Assembly (NCBI RefSeq): GCF_009914755.1
Contig: NC_060934.1
Direction: 5' to 3' (one strand)
DNA from: the human T2T-CHM13v2.0 reference genome, Homo sapiens
Length of the DNA: 64,000 nucleotides
Shown here: piece after piece, positions 1-12,406 of the stretch
How the letters are laid out: each line of letters begins with the position of its first letter
How positions within the stretch are numbered: the first letter of the stretch is position 1
Position numbers and translations under genes: made by a program
Notes under the pieces: model-generated
Database searches by the model: none
Told to the model about the DNA's origin: nothing
What the model saw: only the letters and a program-made list of their open reading frames with translations

Positions 1-114
1 CCTTCAGGTCCAGAGATCAATCAGATTCTGGAGCCCCAGCTGGGAACAATCTCTAAATTAAGAGTCACCAGCAGCCAACAATATCAATAACAGGACTATT
101 TCATCTTAGATCCA

Positions 115-295
115 TCCTTTATGGCTTAAAAGCACTTTCATATCTATTTTCTGTTTGATCCTATGAGAGATAGGGGTTACTACTCCCATTCTACAGAGGA
201 AGAAACTGAGGCACAGAGGGAGGCTGATTTGCCCAAGTTTGCAGAGCTGGTCAGTGGCAGGGTCAGGGTAGAAACCCAGGTCTGTCTGATGCCAA
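115..295 (-). mobile_element. MIR SINE
   Basis: cccattctacagaggaagaaactgaggcacagag is the reverse-complement MIR core. Confidence 0.8.
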
Positions 296-465
296 TATCA
301 CCGTATTTTCCTCTGCACTTTATCCCTTTCTGGGGACAGAGCACAATGAGGTCAGGGACGCCAAACAGGAACTTCCTAAATTCATAATTTTGCTGAGCTG
401 AGCCCTAGAAATGGAGGGGTCCCAGGGTAGAGAACAACACAGGGGCAGAACAATACAGATACTAG

Positions 466-795
<330 letters not shown>

Positions 796-1208
796 TGAGA
801 GGCAGGTAGGGGACAAAGACAGGGCAGAAGGAGAGATGAGGGACAGGGATGGGGGATAGGTGTGGGAACAGGCAGGTGGCATGGATTGGAGGACAGGAAG
901 GGACAAGGATGAGAAACAAACAAGATGAGGAATGGGAAATACGGATAGAGAAAGAGGCGGACAAATCGGGGACAGGAATTGGGACAGATGAGGACAGAGA
1001 TCGCATTAGGAAAGAAGAGAGGGTGAAAGGCAGGAAGAAGACACCTGTAAGGACAGGCAGAGGACAGCGATGTAGCACCAAGCCACCAGGATGGGGACTG
1101 GGACAGAAGAAAGGAGACAGGAGGGCACAAAGGTGAAGGACAGGCCTGGTGGACTGGGAAGCTCCTGGCACATACCTGGGGCTTAGCATATATTTGTGGA
1201 ATGAATGA

Positions 1209-1424
<216 letters not shown>

Positions 1425-2761
1425 TGAGGCCTTGGTGCTCCTAGCTCATAACCTGGGGACCCACCCAAGGCAGGGGCCCTTACCCCAGTGCCAGCAAAGA
1501 AAGGCCAAAGCTGGAGCCTCGGCTGAGCTTCCTGGGGTCAAATGCCCCGAGACAGTGGACGTCCAGGCCATCAGGTGGGGAGCAAGGTTAGGTGTGGCTG
1601 CACTCGAGTGACAATCACACAATTAGCCTTAGTCTATATTTATCTTGCAGTGGAATGGACACTCATGGAGGTCATGGGTCCAAATATCCCCACAGCCTCC
1701 ACCTGGCTGAGGCCCTGGGAGGAGGCGTGTGTCCCTGGACCACGCCAGTACTTGTCCCTGGGAAACACTGCCCCAGGCTGTCTGAGAGGGCCTCTGCTTC
1801 CTTCCAGAGCCCCCAGCTCTAAACAGAGGCCCCAGAAGGCTGGAAACAATTCCTCCCTGCCAGCAGCCAGAGCCTGTGCCATCTGCTGTAATTTCAGAGC
1901 TCACTGAGCCGTTGGAAGGGCCTCTGGCCGCTAATGACAATGGAGGATGGGTGCAGGGAGAAAGGGTTTCCCTTCTGGAGTCACTCAGAGTCTGGTCTTA
2001 AGACCTGAGTGGGGCAAATGGTGGGGACGGTTTAGAGGGAGGGCAGACCAAAGTGGCCCGAGGACAAGAGGCAGGGCCCACCTCTCCTCTGGGCAGGGCT
2101 TAGCCATGCTAGGAAGACCTCCCCACCCCACCCTACCAGCTGGCCAGCCTTCCCTCCCACTGTAGCTGGGGTCTCCCCAGGGAAGAAGGAAGGTGTGGAC
2201 AGATGAATGACTTCTGAAAACAGTTCTCACAATTGCATCTGAGGGGGTATTTTCCTCCTGGTGCAATTAAGCCAGGCCCAGAATCCTGGTATGACAGTTC
2301 CCGCTGCTCGTTTCTCCAGTGCCTTTCCCCAAGCACTCGATTTCCTTTTCATTAGTACCGGGGGGTGGGAGGAAAGGGACCAAATTACTGGCTTTTCCCA
2401 GGAGAAAATTTTCCACAAGGCCAGGGGTCCTGCCCTGTCCAGACCCAGGGCTGGCTTTTCCAAGGAAGAACTCCACCCTTCACCCTCCACCCCTTCTGGC
2501 CTGCTCTGTGGCCTCTCCTAGCTTCCGTCTCCCTCTCTGCTCCCTCTCCTCTTCAAGATGATTCCAGTTTCCTCTCCCTTCCCCAAGAGCTGCTCGACCC
2601 CCAGTTCTCACCAAAGGACCATTTTGAATCCAAGGCTTGTGGTGGGCTCTCGGCATGGGGCTGGGGGGCAAGAACCACATCTGATTAGTGCAGGAACCAC
2701 ATCTGATTAGTGCACACGGGGGCGGCATACAATGGGCGATCACAGAGTTTGGCAGTGGGGA

Positions 2762-2927
2762 TGAGGGAGGGAGGAGGGAGGGAGAAGGGAGGGAAGAGGA
2801 AGGAGATGGAAGGAAGAGGGAAGGAGGGAGGGGAGGCAGAAGGGAGGGAGAAGGGAGGGAAGAGGAAGGAGATGGAAGGAAGAGGGAAGGAGGGAGGGGA
2901 GGCAGAAGGGAGGGAGGGAGGGAGGAA
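2762..2927. repeat. purine-rich low-complexity tract with 66-bp tandem duplication
   Basis: Almost only G/A; a 66-nt unit occurs twice (seen as GREKGGKRKEMEGRGKEGGEAE x2 in the ORF track). Confidence 0.9.
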
Positions 2928-2972
2928 GCCAGGCCCTGGGAGGAAGGGCTCAGGCCTCCCTTCTCCCTGCAG

Positions 2973-3026
2973 GTTTGCAGCCAGCCTCATCTCTGGTGTA
3001 CTCAGCTACAAGGCCCTGCTGGACAG
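2973..3026 (+). CDS. CHAT: CHAT exon 5 (FAASLISGVLSYKALLD)
   Basis: ctgcag|G acceptor, CAG|gtagga donor; 54 nt, phase 2-2. Confidence 0.97.
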
Positions 3027-3659
3027 GTAGGACTGGGAGGGTGGTGCCCTGTTCCAGCACAGTCTGCCTATGCGTCTATCTCCCTTGCAGGGACCTTGTC
3101 TTTTTCCAGCTCTGTATTCCCATTCCTGGCTCCTGGCACAGAGCAGATGTCCCTGCCCCAACCCACTCCCCCACCATCAGGATGACCTTTAGCCTGGCTG
3201 GCCTGTCTGTTAACTGTTCCTTTTCCTGTGGCAAGCACCATCCTTCCTTGATCTTTTAAAAATGTCTCCTCCCTCCACACATACGTGCACAGGTGGAGTG
3301 AATTCACTTGAAGCTGGAGAACACATAGGAAGGCGGGGAAGGAAGAGTTGTTAGAGTAAGGTGATGGGAGTTCTGCTTTGCCACTTGGAGGAATGGTGTC
3401 TCCAGCGGGAGACTGTATCCTCAATCCCACCAAGCTCAGTGGACATGAGGCTGTTCTGACAGATGGAGAGGGCTGCTCAAGCACCGCAGGCTCTCTTTGA
3501 TTTTAGGAAGAAAGTCCCTCTCCTGGCCAAGCTTAGGAGAGCAGGAGGGTGTCTGAGAGCAGCAGGGAGAGTAAGCGGGTCTGGAGGACCCAAGTCTCTC
3601 AAGGTAGAGACTATAAGGGCATTAGAAGCTGGAAGGAGAGAGAGAGGCCCAAAGAAGCA

Positions 3660-3735
3660 TCCCTTGCACAGATGAGGAAGCTGCAGCTCAGAGAGGTTAA
3701 GTAACTCATCCATGGTTACACAGCCAGGTGGTGGC
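3660..3735 (-). mobile_element. MIR fragment
   Basis: cagatgaggaagctgcagctcagagaggttaagtaact. Confidence 0.7.
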
Positions 3736-4307
3736 AGAGCAAGGAGGGGGCAAGGGGCAAACTTCACTCTTTGTTCAACTTGACTCAATTCAGTCTTTAC
3801 CCAGCCTTGGGACAGAGGCTCAGACCCACAGCCCCTTCCAGGGTAGGGCTGTTCCCTCTGGAGAGGGGCAGGCAGAGCTCCCAGACTGTCAGGGTGGAGC
3901 AGTTCAGGCTGTCCAGGGCATTCTGCACCACACGCTCCTGTGTGCTCTGCTCACTCCTCTCTAAATGCCATGGGTCACTAGGCCCTGGGCTGTTGTCTCC
4001 TCATGGTGTGTCTTTGGTCTCTCCCTTCTTCGTGGACAGCATTCTATTTCCTCCCAGAACTCGCCCCTCCAGCTCACCGTCCTGTCTGTTTTCAAACACC
4101 ATTGTCTTGCTGGGCCTGGGGACTTGGTGCCCATTCATCACTGACTGCCCCCACGAGACCACTTTCCTTCTGATCCCAGACTTTCACATGTGTGTGCACA
4201 CTCACACAGACACGAATACCCATGCATATCCACGTGGAGGTTCCCATGTCCAATGATTGAAAAGGACTTAAGACTGGAACATTTTCCTGAGTGCCTGTTT
4301 TGAACCT

Positions 4308-4329
4308 TTAATTAATTAATTAATTAATT
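4308..4329. repeat. (TTAA)n microsatellite
   Basis: ttaattaattaattaattaatt. Confidence 0.9.
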
Positions 4330-5047
4330 TACTTATTCACTTTGCAATGTAGTTATGCTGGGAAGAGGAAGAGAAATAAGGCCTCATCCTCCCCTCAAAA
4401 TGTCCTTAGACTATTGGGCAAGACAGTCACTTAAACAGACACAAAATACAGCTGTGTCCCTTCCCCTGAGTCCCACACTCGCTCATCCAAGCCTCAGCCA
4501 TCCCCACCGGGGTGTCTCTCAGTCATTACAAATGAGCCAGGAGAGCTTCGCCTCTCCCTCCCCATTCCCCAACTCCTCCCATACCTTGTCGAGCCATGTC
4601 CGTAAGTGCACCAGCACATGCCCTGTTGGTGAGTCTGGGAACCTAGAAGTCACCTGTGCTTGTTCTGCTTTCTCCCTTGCACCTTCATGTAACCCATGGT
4701 GCTCAGATGTGGTCATTCTCCCTCCCCACTGTGTCCCCAAGCTCCCTCCTCCTTCCCTGCTGCCCTCACAAGACATCACGTTCCTTCTCTGCCACAACCT
4801 CCTTCCTTGTTCTTCCTGTGACACCTTTCAGTCCATTCTCCCCATATAAGCAGGGTCAGTAAAACAACAAAATGGAAACCCAGTCATGCCCCTGCGTGCT
4901 AAAGCCTCCCAAGGGCTTTCACTGCACCAAGAATAAGGCGATAGCTCCTCTCCACTGCCACTGGAGCCCCACAGGACCTGGCCTGCCCACCTCTCTGGCC
5001 CTGTCTTCACTGGGCCTCAGCCCCACTGGCTTCTCTCTGCCTTTGAT

Positions 5048-5225
5048 CAGTGCTTCTCAAGCTGCCTCTGGGGAAGAACCAATATATTTTCTTTCATTTT
5101 GTAAAACTTGTGAAAAACAACAAAAAATTGATTACTAGAAAAACGGTATGAAATATGAGACCAAATGTTTTATTACAGGATTCAACAGACATAAAACTCC
5201 CATCACATTGCTACAAACATTTCTG
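5048..5225. mobile_element. possible hAT-Charlie/MER DNA transposon remnant
   Basis: Starts with CAGTGCTTCTCAA (hAT-type TIR) and has an AT-rich body; subfamily not resolved. Confidence 0.4.
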
Positions 5226-5399
5226 GGTTCAGGCATTACACCAAGTCATGGGTCAGTCACAGCAGTTCAGTGCAATACTCATACTTTGAGTTGCAGTGCT
5301 TTGGGACACTTCACCCTTAGGGCTCAGCTCAATCAACCTGCCTCAGTGAGACTGCCCCTGGTCACCACCTCCTGTCCCTGCCAACACTCTGTCTCACTA

Positions 5400-5580
5400 C
5401 CTGACAGTCTCCTGTTCACTGGTTTGCTGCTTGTGGTCTACTCCCTACCTACACATCCTAGGACTTACACCCCAGTAGAGCAGGAGCTGCATGTCTTATT
5501 TGCTGCCATATCCCCACATCCCAGAATGGTGCCTGGCCTATACGGAGGACGTGCTTCACAAATATTTGTTGGCTGAAAGA
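5400..5580 (+). mobile_element. L2 3' end
   Basis: ...cccagaatggtgcctggc...caaatatttgttggctgaa resembles the L2 terminus. Confidence 0.6.
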
Positions 5581-5581
5581 G

Positions 5582-5890
5582 TGGAAGGAAGGAAGGATGG
5601 ATGGATGGATGGATGGATGGAAAGATGGATGGATGGTGGATAGATGGGTGGATGGTGGATGGATGGGTCGATGGAAGGATGGATGGATGCTTGGTGGATG
5701 GATGGGTGGATGCAAGGATAGATGGATGGTGGATAGATGTGTGGATGGTGGATAGATGAGTGGGTGGTGGGTGGAAGGAGGGATGGATGTTTCGTGGTAG
5801 AAGTATGGTAGATGTATGGATATATGGATGGATGATGGATAGATGGATGGGTGGATGGATGGAAGAAAGGGAGGGAGAAAGGAAGGATAG
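5582..5890. repeat. degenerate (GGAT)n/(GGAA)n simple repeat
   Basis: About 300 bp of GGAT/GGGT/AGAT units; source of the spurious HPSI-rich minus-strand ORFs. Confidence 0.95.
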
Positions 5891-6064
5891 GCACAAGGCA
5901 TGCTGAGACCAGAGGGAAAAAGAACTTCCTGCATTGACCTCAGAAGAGGCTTCTAAAAGAGATGATAAAGGAGTAGGCTCTTGAAGGAGGGGAAGGAGTT
6001 TTCTGAATAGAACAGTTGAGTTCTGGGGTTGGGGCAAAGGCACGCCGAGAGAAGATCAGCATAA

Positions 6065-6538
<474 letters not shown>

Positions 6539-6879
6539 TGAGGGAGGGCACAGAGCATACAGTGGCCATGCGTTCACGTCCATTACCTTCTCCGAGGGGG
6601 CTCAGCCTCCTTCCCTGAGTCACACAGGGAGCTGGGGCACCATGTCTCCAAAGTGGGGCCCCTACTTCCAGTCAGTCCCATGTCTCTCCACCAGTTGCCT
6701 TCTAAGAATGAGAGCCGTCAGTTTGAGAATATCCTCACTGGACTCTCACTTCAGCACTGATGCACTGAGGGTCATGATCGAGACCTCCACCTGTACATCT
6801 GTTCTTTTCCATGCAGTCACCCAGGCTCTGGCCTTTCTGGAGACCACACACAGACAGACAGTGTTACAGACTGACAAAT

Positions 6880-7060
6880 AGGACCTTTCATGTGTCAGCC
6901 TGTGGGCTCAGCACTTAACATGCATTCATCCCACTTAATCCTCACAGTGACCATGCAGAGGGGGCCTTAGGATCTCTGTGTGACAGTTGAGGACATGAGA
7001 CTCAGACAAGTTAAGTGGTCTGTCCAAGAGTGGGAAGGAATCCTGGGTCTGGCCAGTGCC
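6880..7060 (-). mobile_element. MIR SINE
   Basis: cacttaatcctcacag...gactcagacaagttaagtgg. Confidence 0.6.
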
Positions 7061-7779
7061 CTAAGGTCATGCTCTACCCCCTGCAGCTCAGGTCCTCAGA
7101 CTGGGTTCCACAGAGCCAACAAGGACCCATGGGTCCTGGGGGACAGGCTGAGCATGAGGGCTCCTGACCTCTTCCCTGTGCCCACTGCACTATATATTCC
7201 ATATATTGAGCTTCACATAAATATTTCCTCTGACAAACAGTTTTGTTTTTGTTTTTGCTTTGCTAAAACCCAAGTTTGGCAACCATCCCAGGGACTCCCC
7301 TGGTACTTGCTCTACAATGTGATCCTGGGCTCTCCTCACATTTTTAGTAAGTTGGGAGCTCTGTGGAGCCCTGACATCTGAGGGCAGCTGTGACCTCTGT
7401 TCCTAGATTTGAAGGCCATCTAGGAGCTCTCGCAGCCCACCTGACACCTTGGCCATAGACCAAGGACGTTTCCCCATCTTCATTCAAAAGTCAAGCCAAG
7501 TATTTCCCAGCTCCCACAGGCCACCGTATCCACCTCTTCCAGACATGCTCTGGGCCCCTGCACAAGACCAGGCCATACAGACACTGCTAGGGGGTTGGAG
7601 GGGAAGGGAAAACAAGGTACTCATGTCAATCAGCTGAAAAGTGTATCTTGACCTGGGTCTAGGAATAGACCCTTCACAAAGCCCAAGGCTCTAGCCTTCA
7701 AAGCTACAAAATGACAAAACCACAGGGCTGACATACAAAGCACATGTAGGTATACATGTGAAGGTGCACACACATGCAC

Positions 7780-8285
7780 ACATGTGTAGGTGCACATGCA
7801 CGCATGGTGTGTGTTGGTTTTCCATTTTAATCTTCCTCTGCATATGATTGCTGGCTTGCTTTTTTTCCTCCACTCACCAGTGTGTTTAAGGCCCATCACT
7901 GTGGCTCTATCTGTTGCTAATTCACTCTTTTCAATGGCTGGGTAGACATGCCCTAGACATATACACCACATTTCACTTAGCCATTCCCCTTCTGGAGAAC
8001 AGTGAGGCTCTTGCTACCATTTTGCTGTTGCAAACAAGGCCGAGAGGCACATTCCTCGTGTCTTCCGGTACACACGGGTACGTTTCTCTAAGCCTCAGGC
8101 TAAAATATGCATTTATAAGTGCAATTGCTTAGTCATAGGTATGCACATTTTTAGTTTTGATAGACACTGCCCTCCAACAGTAGCTGTGCCAATTTATATT
8201 CCATTCCCCACAAACATAATGGATTCCGTGAACCATGAAACACATTTTCTTTTGGCTAAGTTTAATGTTGCCTTCTTTGATTGGG
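7780..8285 (-). mobile_element. old L1M 3' fragment
   Basis: gcaattgcttagtcataggtatgcacatttttagttttgatagacactgcc...aatttatattcc. Confidence 0.6.
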
Positions 8286-8414
8286 GGCAGCGTGGAATCC
8301 AGCACAGTCAACAGCCTTGGCTTGGTCCCTAAACTGAGACTAGAACCACCAAACACCTTGGGAACCTTGGGCCTGAGCATCCCTGCCCCAAGCTTACCTG
8401 TGAAGGCTGAGTGA

Positions 8415-8750
<336 letters not shown>

Positions 8751-10749
8751 TAGTGTGGGAGCTCAGGGCCCACAGCATGCCCTGAGGCCAGCCACAGTGC
8801 CTTGCCACCGAAGCCACCTTTTGTGCCCTCGTGTTCCATCTGACAGTATCTGGCTTTCTTGGTGGGACTAACTAGTGCTGGAATTGGGGATGTCTGAGAA
8901 TACTGGGCGGGGCGGGGGAGTTAGCTGGAGGAAGGCTGGCTGCAAGTGAGCAGGTGTGTTTTCCTGGTGGGTGGCGCTCACTGATAGTGGCTGGGGGAGT
9001 CGCTGAATGGGGGTGTGGGATGGAGCCTGCCTCTGGGAAAGTGGTTCACCACCTCTTTCACCTGATCTCTCCATCCTGGGACTCTTCATCTTCAAGCTGT
9101 CCCTTATCTTGTGGCACTGTTCTGATGAAAGTCTCCAAGCATTCCCATAAGAAAGCCAGGAATATTCTTGAAAATTTTTCATCACCCTTCTGGAAACTAC
9201 TTTCAAATCCAAAGCTGGTCCTATTCCAGGAGCTGATGGAATGCTCTCCTTCCTTGCCCATGTTAGAGACACTGGATGAGAAGTAAGACTTCTGTGAGTC
9301 TTTATTTACCCCTCAGAATTTTACTGGGTCAGGCAATCTATTCAGACTCTCCACATCTGTTACTGAGGGCCCTGGGCTTGGCTCAGGGAGTATGGGAGAC
9401 AAAGGAGTTGAGGCCTCTACCCAAGAGCAGCCCCATGATGGGAACAGGAAGAGGGGGCATGGGGAGGAGACTCACATCCAGGTGCATGCAGTGCTGACCC
9501 ACTTCAGACAGGCGTCAAAAACGTGCTCCAGGACTTCAGAGAGGGGACGGAGCCCTTCCGAGTGGGATTGTGAAAGGCTCTGTTAGAAGAGGTGGGAATG
9601 GAACAAAGCCCCATGGCATGAGTGAGAAAGGCTGGAGGGAAGGATGGTACCCAGGCAGGCAGACCAACCCTGGGCAAAGCCCGAGGCCCAGCAGGGACAC
9701 ACCCACCTTACCCCCAGGGTGAGGAGGAGAACAGCTGCCCAGCAAAGGTGGCCTGAGCCGGATGTACTGGGCCTATTTTTTCTAACAGCCACTTGCATTT
9801 TCTGGTCTCTCTCTAGAAGGGTCTTCCCCCAGATCCAGCTGGCTCCTTGCCGCACGCAGAGCTCAGCCCAGGTGTCCGGCCTCAGGCCTGCCTTGGGCAT
9901 CCTTCCCGCACACTCTGTCACTGTGGCCCGTTCGCTTACCTTGACTCTGTTGCTCACTCTCTGAGGACAACTTTGCATTTGTTTGATAAATGCTGATTAT
10001 CTGCCTTTCCCCCCACCTCCTACCCACTGCCTATAAGGTCAGAAGGACAGGGGCCTTGTCTGTTTGGTTTAATTTCTGAGAAACACAGTCTGGGCCCAGT
10101 TACATTTATTAAATAAAAGAGTGAAGGGTGATTAAAAATGCCAGGCCCCAGACTTATTCCCCGACTTACCAATTAATTATTCTTTCATCCAATTATTGGG
10201 CACCTCCTGAATGCTGTCATAAATAGGGGGCTGCAGGAGCCAAAGAGGGGTGTGAGAGCTGACTGCCCTCCCGGACCTAACCTCGTGCTGGAGAATTAAT
10301 AACTTAGCATTCCGCAGTGAGTTAATTCCCTCGGGAGACCATGGTGTAATCAAATCCCACTCTTCTCCCCTTCAGGGACAGAGACAGGCATCAAAATAAT
10401 CGCCTCTGCCTCCAGCATAGTTTCCACTTTATTAGCAGGCCAGGCCCAAGACACGCCCTTCAGGGCTGGCTGGATTGCCCCAAGGTCTGAGCACTTGGGC
10501 TGCAGATCAGAATTGATTTGTTAATGGCACTTGATCTGGCTTTCTGAATGGAAGTGCTGTTTCTGAGGGAAATGCGACAGAAAGGAGGGGACACATGCGC
10601 CTCCCCTTGGGTAATCCGATTAATCCAGTTAGCGCCAACTGTGTCATCTACACAACAGGAAACTGATCCTTCACAGATCCCCCCTCCCCAGAGCAGCCCT
10701 GCCTATGGAACAGAAACAGAGAGACCATTTACAAAATGATTTCGGTTTC

Positions 10750-11350
10750 CCAGTGAAAGAGTATGGCAGCTTGGGACAGGGTTGAGAGTGAAGATGGAGA
10801 GACCAGTGACGTCAAGGCCATTGAAAGCGAGAACAATTCCTGGGCTTTTTATCCGAGCCGTGAGTGGATGTTAGTGCCATTTAGTAAGATGGGAAACAGG
10901 GTCGGGGAGTGGGTACAGGATGGAGAAATCATTGCCACACATGTTGGGTTAGAGGTGCTTGGGTCATCTGGGTGGAGACGTCAAGCTTAATATATATGTT
11001 TGGAGCCCAAGGGAGAGGTCAGTACAGAGCAATAAATTTGAGGGACATCAGCGCATAAATGATCCTTAAAGTCATGGACCTGGGTGAGATAATCTAGAAA
11101 CAGAAGAACAGGGAGCCTGGAGGTCAGGTAGAGAAGGATGCAAAGGGGATTGAGAAAGAGTAGCCCATGAAGTAAAGGAAAGCCAGAAGAGTCACAAAGA
11201 TTCAAGACAGAGGGAACGGCCAGCCACATGGAATGCTGTGGAGAGCTGGAGGAGGAACAGGACACAGGGGACCCGGCTTGGCAACCCTGAAGTTGTCACT
11301 GGGCTTACTGAGGGTCAGACTGGAGTAGCAGGAGAACAAATGCTTGCACA
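10750..11350 (-). mobile_element. L2 LINE fragment
   Basis: ggatgttagtgccatttagtaagatggga...tataaatttgaggga-type L2 antisense motifs. Confidence 0.65.
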
Positions 11351-12031
11351 CTGACAGAAGTGATCCAACAGCAGAAAGAAATTGTCGATGAGGCAGTCAG
11401 TGAGTTGAACCAGTGAGTATGGTCGACTTTTTCTCAGACATTTTGATACTAAAAGGAGCAGAAAAATGAGGGAGTTGCTAAAAGAGGATGAGGGTCAAGG
11501 GAGGTGTTTTTAGGAGGAGAGACAAATGTATGGAAGGAATTTAGTAAAAGAAATTGATGAAGAGATAGGAGATGAATGGAGGGGTGGAATTCTTGCAAAG
11601 GCAAAAGGAGATAGAACTCAGAAAATAAGAGGCCTTTGGTTGGTACAGGGTGAAGTGGAAAGCTTGGGCCTGAGGCAGCAGAGGTAGGAGCGTGCAGAGG
11701 CTCCCAACTGGTACCTCCTGGTCTCAGATCACAACCTTGAGATAAGAGGCGGGCAGTTGGATGTTGAAGATGAAATCGACTGTGTGAAATAGCCTCCTGG
11801 AAAGTGGGAAAGAAGACTTGAAAAACTTGATAAGATTTATGGACTGTGTTGAGCTCATATATGAAGGTTCAAAGTGATACATTTTAGGAGAGGCTAATTA
11901 ACATTGTTATGTGATCTTCCCCACCAACGCTCAGCTCCTCAGGTTCAGCCAGAGTTGGTGAGTGTAACTGGTAGGGACGGTGAAGGTGTGGCCAAGAACG
12001 GTCATGCTGGAATCTGAGCTGAGTAAGGAAG

Positions 12032-12406
12032 TGTGTTCAAGTCTGCTCAGCAGGTTCAAGTCTGCTCAGGCAGCCGTAACAAAGTACCACAGACTGGGAG
12101 GCTTCAACAACAGACACCTGCTATCTTACAGTTTAGCAGGTGGGTTTCTCCTGACACCTCTCTCCTTGGCTTGTCGATGCCACCTTCTCTGTGTGTCTTC
12201 ATGTGGTCTTGCCTCTGTGCGTATCTGCATCCTAATCTCTTCTTATAAGGTGACCAGTCATATGGGATTAGGCTTCACCCAAATGGCCTAGTGTAACTTA
12301 ATTGTCTCTTTAAAGGTCCCATCTCCAAATACAGTTACATTCTGAGCTTCTGGGAGTTAGGACTTCAACACAGGAATTTTGGAACGACACAATTTGGCCC
12401 ATAAGA
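12032..12406 (-). mobile_element. MaLR LTR (MLT1-type)
   Basis: gccgtaacaaagtaccacagactgggaggctt...gttaggacttcaacac...acacaatttggcccataa. Confidence 0.8.

Noticed and set aside
5458-6043. His/Pro/Ser-rich ORFs (HPSI repeats)
   Set aside because: Translations of the (GGAT)n simple repeat
10807-10814. Perfect CRE TGACGTCA
   Set aside because: A single 8-mer inside an L2 remnant; expected by chance in 64 kb and has no supporting context
12035-12069. 16-bp tandem duplication GTTCAAGTCTGCTCAG
   Set aside because: Simple slippage at an MLT1 LTR end; not a CRISPR-like or functional array
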